A stretch of DNA of 44,465 bases from Bacteroidales bacterium (lineage in GTDB: Bacteria > Bacteroidota > Bacteroidia > Bacteroidales > UBA12077): NCBI GenBank assembly GCA_028282585.1, contig JANQHR010000055.1:1-44465 (forward strand). Direction: 5' to 3'. A program made the position numbers and the translations under genes. Shown piece after piece: positions 38,457 through 44,465 of this stretch. Below the pieces are notes generated by a model. That model made no database searches. It was given only the letters and a program-made list of their open reading frames with translations, and was not told the origin of the DNA. Each line of letters opens with the position of its first letter. The first letter of the stretch is position 1.

Positions 38457-40820
38457 GTGGATAAAAATAAATTTCCACATATTGAAGAAGAACCGATAAA
38501 TTGGAGATCTTACATTTTTAAAGTTCTAAGATTTTGGTATGTATTTCCAATTACGGTTTTAATTAGTGTGATTATATGTTTTTTTGTTATTAAAACGAAA
38601 ACACCTGTTTATAGGGTTGGATCAAAAATCCTTGTTGAAAATGAACAGTCTTTAATGGATCCAAATGTTATTTTGCAAAATACTACAAATCCATTTTCAA
38701 TAGGTGATTATAAAATTAGAAATGAAATAGAAATACTTAGTTCATATGAACTTACGAAAAGAACAGTTTCTCAATTAGACTTTTTCGTATCTTATTATAT
38801 TAAAGGCAAATACAGGGATGTAGAGCTTTATGGAGAAATTCCTTTTGTGGTTTGGTATGATTCGCTGCATGTTCAACCTGTAGGTATAGATTTTTTTATA
38901 GAAAAAATTAATGAAAATAAATATCGTCTTTGGTCTGAAGGAGAAAATGTTAATTTTTATTTATACGAAAATGATACATATAGTTTTATTAAACCTGAAT
39001 TTAAATTTGATAGCATTATTTCCAACCAAGAATTGATATCAAATGATCTGTTGAGGCTTAGAATTAATGATTATAATATAAAAAAAGGTGAAATTTATAA
39101 ATTCAGATTAAAGCCTTTAAGATCAGTCATTGCTGAATTTAATAGGATAAAAGTCGAAAACATAAAATATTCTTCTGTAATTAAGCTTGAATATGAAGGT
39201 CATCAAATTAAAAAATCGATAGATTACTTAAATAAGTTTATCGAAGTTTATTTAAACAGGGGTGTTGAAAAGAAAAATCTTGTTGCAATTAATACAATCA
39301 AATTTATTGATAGTCAGATTTATGATATAGCTGATTCCTTAAAAAGTGCAGAAAAGAAGTTGCAAAGATATAGATCAACGCAAAAAGTAATGAATATTGA
39401 CTTTCAGGCACAAAAGACTTATGAAAGTTTGGAGAATCTTCAAAATCAAAAAGCGGAGTTAATTTTAAAACAAAAGTATTACAGGTATTTACAAGAATAT
39501 TTAACAAAGAATGAAGATATTCAGGAGTTAATTGCTCCATCATCAATGGGAGTAAACGACCCTCTTTTAAATAATTTAATTATTGAACTTACGAGACTTT
39601 ATGCAGAAAAGGTTGATGTAATGTTGAACACCAAAAAGGACAATCCATATTTGGAAAGTGTTAACGCAAAAATAAATAATCAAAAAAATACTTTAGAAGA
39701 GAACGTAATAAACTCAATTGATAGAACCAGGTTATCATTAATAGATATTGATGAACGAATTGAAAAACTTACCTTAGAAGTACAATCATTGCCAGAAACG
39801 CAAAGAAGACTACTTAATTACGAGAGAGAATTTCAACTACACGATGCTTTATATACTTTCTTATTAAGGAAGAAATCAGAAATGCAGATAGCTAAGGCTT
39901 CAAACTTTCCCGAAAACGAAATAATTGATTATCCAAAACTTCTACAAAATTCTCCCACATCTCCAAATAGTAAAGTAATTTATCTTATGGGACTATTACT
40001 AGGATTTGGAATTCCTATATTAATAATTTTATTGTTTGATTATTTTAATGATAAGATAGTAGACCTAAATGAAGTAGAGAAAATTATTGATTTTCCAATA
40101 ATTGGTAATATTATTCATAGTAAAGAGAGCAATCCGTTTGTTGTTCATAATTTTCCAAATTCTGTTATTGCAGAATCATTTCGTTCATTAAGAACTAATT
40201 TTCAATATGTATTGGGGGATAACAATTGCCCTATTATTATGATAACGTCTACAATGATGGAAGAAGGAAAAAGTTTTGTTTCTGTTAATTTGGCTTCAAG
40301 TTTTGCTTTATACAACAAAAAAGTATTATTACTAAGCTTTGACCTTAGAAGGCCTACTGTTTCAAAATTGTTTGGATTTGACAAAAATGAAGGCTTAAGT
40401 AATTATTTAAGTGGTAGCTGTGAATTAAAAGACGTAATATTGGATACAAACATTCCTAATTTATCCATAATAACAACTGGGCCTATACCGCCAAACCCTT
40501 CGGAACTAATAGCTTCTGAAAGAACAAACGAAATGTTTGAACTTCTAAAAAAAGAGTTTGACTATATAATAATAGATACTCCTCCTATTGGTATTGTTTC
40601 AGATGCCTTATTATTAGAAAGGTATGTTGATAAAAGCATTTTTATAATTCGTCATAAATATTCTCGAAAAAGGATGATATCCCATTTATTTTCGAGTTTA
40701 GAAAAGAAAGAAGTTAATAATATTAATCTGGTTATTAACGATATAAATATGAAGCGGATAGATTATAATTATAATTATGGCTATGGTTACGGTTACGGTT
40801 ATGAGTATAAAACTAAGTAG
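38457..40820 (+). CDS. wzc: Polysaccharide co-polymerase / BY tyrosine autokinase (Wzc type)
   Basis: Two TM segments flank a coiled-coil periplasmic domain. AESFRSLRTN, Walker A variant STMMEEGKS, DLRRP, IIDTPP, C-terminal Tyr cluster YNYNYGYGYGYGYEY. GTG start. Confidence 0.93.
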   Translation: MDKNKFPHIEEEPINWRSYIFKVLRFWYVFPITVLISVIICFFVIKTKTPVYRVGSKILVENEQSLMDPNVILQNTTNPFSIGDYKIRNEIEILSSYELTKRTVSQLDFFVSYYIKGKYRDVELYGEIPFVVWYDSLHVQPVGIDFFIEKINENKYRLWSEGENVNFYLYENDTYSFIKPEFKFDSIISNQELISNDLLRLRINDYNIKKGEIYKFRLKPLRSVIAEFNRIKVENIKYSSVIKLEYEGHQIKKSIDYLNKFIEVYLNRGVEKKNLVAINTIKFIDSQIYDIADSLKSAEKKLQRYRSTQKVMNIDFQAQKTYESLENLQNQKAELILKQKYYRYLQEYLTKNEDIQELIAPSSMGVNDPLLNNLIIELTRLYAEKVDVMLNTKKDNPYLESVNAKINNQKNTLEENVINSIDRTRLSLIDIDERIEKLTLEVQSLPETQRRLLNYEREFQLHDALYTFLLRKKSEMQIAKASNFPENEIIDYPKLLQNSPTSPNSKVIYLMGLLLGFGIPILIILLFDYFNDKIVDLNEVEKIIDFPIIGNIIHSKESNPFVVHNFPNSVIAESFRSLRTNFQYVLGDNNCPIIMITSTMMEEGKSFVSVNLASSFALYNKKVLLLSFDLRRPTVSKLFGFDKNEGLSNYLSGSCELKDVILDTNIPNLSIITTGPIPPNPSELIASERTNEMFELLKKEFDYIIIDTPPIGIVSDALLLERYVDKSIFIIRHKYSRKRMISHLFSSLEKKEVNNINLVINDINMKRIDYNYNYGYGYGYGYEYKTK

Positions 40821-41006
40821 TGAATCTTTTCAATTAACCTAAAAAAGAAGTTTCAAATTCATATCAGAAGTTATTAACAATTAGTGAATTGTTTCTAATC
40901 CTTATCTTTACTTTCCCTATTAATGGTGGTGTGTATCAAGTGTTTAAACGTTAAAAAATGTTGATATGTTAAAATGTAATATTTAACTATAACTTAATAT
41001 TTTCAA

Positions 41007-41038
41007 TATATTTGATGTTCCAATAAAATCTAGTTTTG
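41007..41038 (+). promoter_or_regulatory. Two candidate -7 boxes for the TonB-dependent receptor
   Basis: TATATTTG (41007-41014) and TAGTTTTG (41031-41038). Confidence 0.5.
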
Positions 41039-41093
41039 TAGTCTTGTAATTTTTAATAAAAATTAATATAAACCCAAACCTTAAAACAATTCT

Positions 41094-44000
41094 ATGATGA
41101 AAATTTTTAGAAGTAAATTTATTATCATGGCTTTAACAGTAGTATTATTTTCTAACTATGCTTATTCGCAAAGTTCTACTACTTCAGCTATGAATGGTAA
41201 AGTAACAGATCCGAATGGAGAAGTCCTTCCGGGCGCAAATGTAATTGCAGTTCATCAGCCAACTGGTGCTGAATATGCAAGTATTACAAATGTTAATGGA
41301 TATTATAACATCCAGAACATGAGTGTTGGAGGTCCTTACACCATAACAATTTCTTTTGTTGGGTATGAGGCTTTCGTTAAAAATGAAGTGTATTTGAACT
41401 TAGGCCAAACTTTTCGTTTAGATGCAACTTTAAGTGAAACAGCAATTGATTTGGAGGAAGTTGTTGTAACAGGACGTAGAGTTCAAGATTTCAGGGTAAT
41501 CGATGGTAACAGAACCGGTGCTGAAACAGTAATTGGCAGAGACCAGTTAGAGTATTTGCCAAGTATTAACAGAGATTTAACTGATTTTACCAGACTTACC
41601 CCACAAGCTAGTATTAATGATGATGGAGCAATTTCTATTGCAGGTATCAATAACAGGTATAATTCAATTTCTATTGATGGTGCTGTAAACAATGATGTTT
41701 TCGGACTATCACCAACTGGAACTAATGGCGGTCAAACAGGTGGTACTCCATTTAGTATGGATGTAATTGAACAATTCCAGGTTGTTTTAGCACCTTATGA
41801 TATTCGTTTTAGCGGTTTTGCAGGGGCGGGTATTAACGCTGTAACCAGAAGTGGTACAAACAGAATCGAAGGTTCTGCATATTATTATTTAAGAAATGAA
41901 TCATTGGCAGGAAAAACTCCCACTAATGTGAGCGAAGATAACCGTGAGAAATTACCTGACTTCAAATCTGAAACTTATGGTTTTAGAGTAGGTGGTCCTA
42001 TTATTAAAAATAAATTATTCTATTTTGCTAGTGTTGAATTACAAAGAGATGTAACTCCTCAACCATTCGATTTTGATAACTATGATGGAGACGCAACTCA
42101 AGCTGACCTGAACAATCTAGTTAATTTCTTACAATCAAATTATAACTATAATCCAGGCGGATATTTAAACAATGATAAAGAACTTGATAGTGATAAATTA
42201 TTCTTTCGTTTAGACTGGAATATTAATTCTACTCACAAGTTAATGCTTCGCCATAGCTATACAAATAACGAAGCTATTAATGCAGACCCTTCTAGTAATG
42301 ATAAGATAGAATTTTTAAATAACTCAGAGTTTTTTCCAAGTGTAACTAACTCAACTGCTTTAGAGTTAAAGAGTAACTGGGGAAATAAATCTAATAATTT
42401 AATTATTGGTTATACGAGCGTTCGTGATGACCGTGACCCATTAGGTGATAATTTCCCATTTGTTGATATACGAGATGGAGATGGAGAAATTGAATTCGGA
42501 TCAGAGCCATATTCTACTGCCAATCAGTTAGATCAGGATGTGTTTACTTTTACTGATAATTTTACTATTAATACAGGAATACATACCATAACAATTGGTA
42601 CAAGCAATGAATATAGTTCTACCTACAATTTATTTATGAGGAAGAATTTTGGAGAATATGATTATAGTAGTTTAGATGATTTCATAAACAATAACCCTGC
42701 ATATTCTTATGAAAGAGGTTATTCTTTGCTTCCCGGAGATATTACCGGTGATGGAGCGGAAGCAGCTGCGGAATTTAGAATGTTACAATTAGGATTATAC
42801 GCTCAAGATGAGATACAATTAAGGGATAACTTAAAGGTTACAGTTGGAATACGTTTTGATATGCCGATGTTTTTAGACGAACCTGAGGAAGATATTAATT
42901 TTAATACGGTAACTGCTCCTCTAATTGAGGCTGCTGGATACGATTTGGAAGGTGCACAAGCAGGGCAAATGCCAAAATCTCAAATATTGGTTTCTCCTCG
43001 TTTAGGATTTAACTGGGACGTTTTAAATGACCAAACTTTGCAAGTGCGTGGAGGCGTTGGTATTTTTACCAGCCGTTTACCATTGGTATGGCCAGGCGGG
43101 TCATTTACAAACAGCGGTGTATCAATAGGAGGCGTTTATCATAGAAGCGAATGGGGAGATCCTATTTTTTTCGAACCAGATTGGCAAGACCAATATGAAG
43201 CAGCTGATTTTGGTGGCACTGATGCTCCGTATGGAGGACAAGTCGATTTATTTGCTGAAGATTTTAAATTCCCACAAATGTTCAGAGCTAATTTAGCAGT
43301 TGATAAGGAATTGCCTTGGGGAATGATTGGTACGTTAGAAGGTATTTATACAAAAACAATTAATAATGTTCTTTATTATAATGTAAATCAAGATCCTACA
43401 TTTCAAAGTATGACAGGTGGTCCAGATAATAGACCAATATTTACAGGAGACCGTATTGATTCTGATTATACCAGAGTTATATTAGGAACAAATACAAATG
43501 AAGGTTATACTTATAATGTTACTGCTCAAGTTCAGAAACCATTCGATAATGGTTTAACAGCAAGCTTAGCATATACTTATGGCCGCGCAAAAGCTATTAA
43601 TGATGGTACTTCTTCTCAAAACTCTTCACAATGGAGGTATATGGAGCAAGTTAATGGATTAAATGACCTTGATTTATCTTATTCTGATTTTGATATGAAA
43701 AGCAGAATTACCGGATATGTAAGCTATTCTAGAGAATATTTGAAGCACCTAAAAACAACAATTAGCATTTTCTATAATGGACAATCAGGATCGCCATTCT
43801 CGTATATTTATAATGATTGGAGAGATATAAATGGAGATGGTGAAACGTATAATAGTTTAATTTATGTACCTGAATTTGAAAGTGATATTAATTTAGTTGA
43901 TATTGGAAGCCCAGGTGATGATGATTATGTTTCGGCAGCTCAACAATGGGAAGATCTACAAGAATTCATCAATAATGATGATTATTTAAAAGACCGCAAA

Positions 44001-44348
44001 GGTAATTATGCGGAAAGAAATGCAGCTAGGGCACCATTTGAGCACATCTTCGATTTAAAATTTGCTCAGGATGTATTTACCGATATCGGAGGGCGTCAGA
44101 ATAAAATTACTTTAACTCTTGATATTTTCAATTTCACGAATTTATTAAATAAAGACTGGGGGCGTAGGTATTATGTAACTTATGGAACAGTTTCTTTAAT
44201 TAGTTTTGAAGGATTTGAAGCAGACGGAACTACTCCAACATTTACATTTGATAGACCGGAAGACGATATAGATATCTATTCAGCTGATGATTCAGGAATC
44301 AGAAGTTCAAGGTGGCAAATGCGTTTTGGTATAAGGTATACTTTCTAA
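41094..44348 (+). CDS. TonB-dependent receptor, Oar-like, with N-terminal carboxypeptidase-regulatory-like domain
   Basis: Signal peptide, GKVTDPNGEVLPGANV, LEEVVVTG TonB-box region, plug IDGAVNNDVFGL...INAVTRSGTN, SPRLGFNWD, terminal GIRYTF. Confidence 0.92.
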   Translation: MMKIFRSKFIIMALTVVLFSNYAYSQSSTTSAMNGKVTDPNGEVLPGANVIAVHQPTGAEYASITNVNGYYNIQNMSVGGPYTITISFVGYEAFVKNEVYLNLGQTFRLDATLSETAIDLEEVVVTGRRVQDFRVIDGNRTGAETVIGRDQLEYLPSINRDLTDFTRLTPQASINDDGAISIAGINNRYNSISIDGAVNNDVFGLSPTGTNGGQTGGTPFSMDVIEQFQVVLAPYDIRFSGFAGAGINAVTRSGTNRIEGSAYYYLRNESLAGKTPTNVSEDNREKLPDFKSETYGFRVGGPIIKNKLFYFASVELQRDVTPQPFDFDNYDGDATQADLNNLVNFLQSNYNYNPGGYLNNDKELDSDKLFFRLDWNINSTHKLMLRHSYTNNEAINADPSSNDKIEFLNNSEFFPSVTNSTALELKSNWGNKSNNLIIGYTSVRDDRDPLGDNFPFVDIRDGDGEIEFGSEPYSTANQLDQDVFTFTDNFTINTGIHTITIGTSNEYSSTYNLFMRKNFGEYDYSSLDDFINNNPAYSYERGYSLLPGDITGDGAEAAAEFRMLQLGLYAQDEIQLRDNLKVTVGIRFDMPMFLDEPEEDINFNTVTAPLIEAAGYDLEGAQAGQMPKSQILVSPRLGFNWDVLNDQTLQVRGGVGIFTSRLPLVWPGGSFTNSGVSIGGVYHRSEWGDPIFFEPDWQDQYEAADFGGTDAPYGGQVDLFAEDFKFPQMFRANLAVDKELPWGMIGTLEGIYTKTINNVLYYNVNQDPTFQSMTGGPDNRPIFTGDRIDSDYTRVILGTNTNEGYTYNVTAQVQKPFDNGLTASLAYTYGRAKAINDGTSSQNSSQWRYMEQVNGLNDLDLSYSDFDMKSRITGYVSYSREYLKHLKTTISIFYNGQSGSPFSYIYNDWRDINGDGETYNSLIYVPEFESDINLVDIGSPGDDDYVSAAQQWEDLQEFINNDDYLKDRKGNYAERNAARAPFEHIFDLKFAQDVFTDIGGRQNKITLTLDIFNFTNLLNKDWGRRYYVTYGTVSLISFEGFEADGTTPTFTFDRPEDDIDIYSADDSGIRSSRWQMRFGIRYTF

Positions 44349-44369
44349 CTCTCTATATTTTAAATTAAG

Positions 44370-44407
44370 AGGCTGTCCAAAAAGTAAAAGGACAGCCTTT
44401 TAATTTT
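44370..44407 (+). terminator. Intrinsic terminator after the receptor gene (possibly bidirectional)
   Basis: aggctgtcc (44370-44378) / ggacagcct (44390-44398) followed by a T-rich tail. Confidence 0.85.
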
Positions 44408-44456
44408 GTTGTCCCCTTAAAATTTACGATCTTAAGGGTGAACATGACAACAAGAT

Positions 44457-44464
44457 CAAAGATA
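44457..44464 (-). promoter_or_regulatory. Consensus -7 box pointing into the intergenic hairpin
   Basis: caaagata is TATCTTTG on the minus strand. Any -33 element would lie outside the window. Confidence 0.55.
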
Positions 44465-44465
44465 C

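Noticed and set aside
40762-40810. Short-period repeat at the end of wzc
   Set aside because: It encodes the normal tyrosine autophosphorylation cluster and is not evidence of phase variation.
19260-41692. Remaining short ORFs (19260, 20169, 28408, 30386, 30777, 33174, 37136, 37806, 37922, 39304, 40202, 41483)
   Set aside because: They are antisense or off-frame overlaps of confident CDS.
44408-44451. CRISPR array call
   Set aside because: Only a single repeat-like unit is present, with no spacers and no cas genes in the window.

Overview
AT-rich chromosomal window from a Bacteroidota bacterium, probably Bacteroidales/Marinilabiliales-like. The assignment rests on TAnnTTTG promoters, gldH, porW/sprE, porX, DPP7 and an Oar-type TonB-dependent receptor. 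About 30 CDS are supported. Most are housekeeping genes (rnhA, rlmN, rnhB, holB, ricT, trmB, mrp, nifU-type, tsaE, waaA) or envelope/T9SS genes. I see no mobile element, CRISPR array, tRNA or rRNA. The most unusual locus is 12.6-17.9 kb. It carries a single gene encoding two complete phosphoglycerate kinase (PGK) domains fused head-to-tail (gapless 1188-bp period, about 74% aa identity by my manual alignment, shared non-canonical active-site substitutions). It is followed directly by a third, highly divergent PGK-family gene lacking a basic-patch Arg and the ribose-binding Glu, and then by a phosphohexomutase. Other notable items are a zincin/beta-propeller/Omp85 fusion, an uncharacterised 1151-aa beta-barrel with an SprA-like segment, a 4x SPOR-like protein in front of wza-wzc, a glycan methylation/sulfation mini-cluster, and two candidate small RNAs (about 33950-34025 and about 44365-44451).
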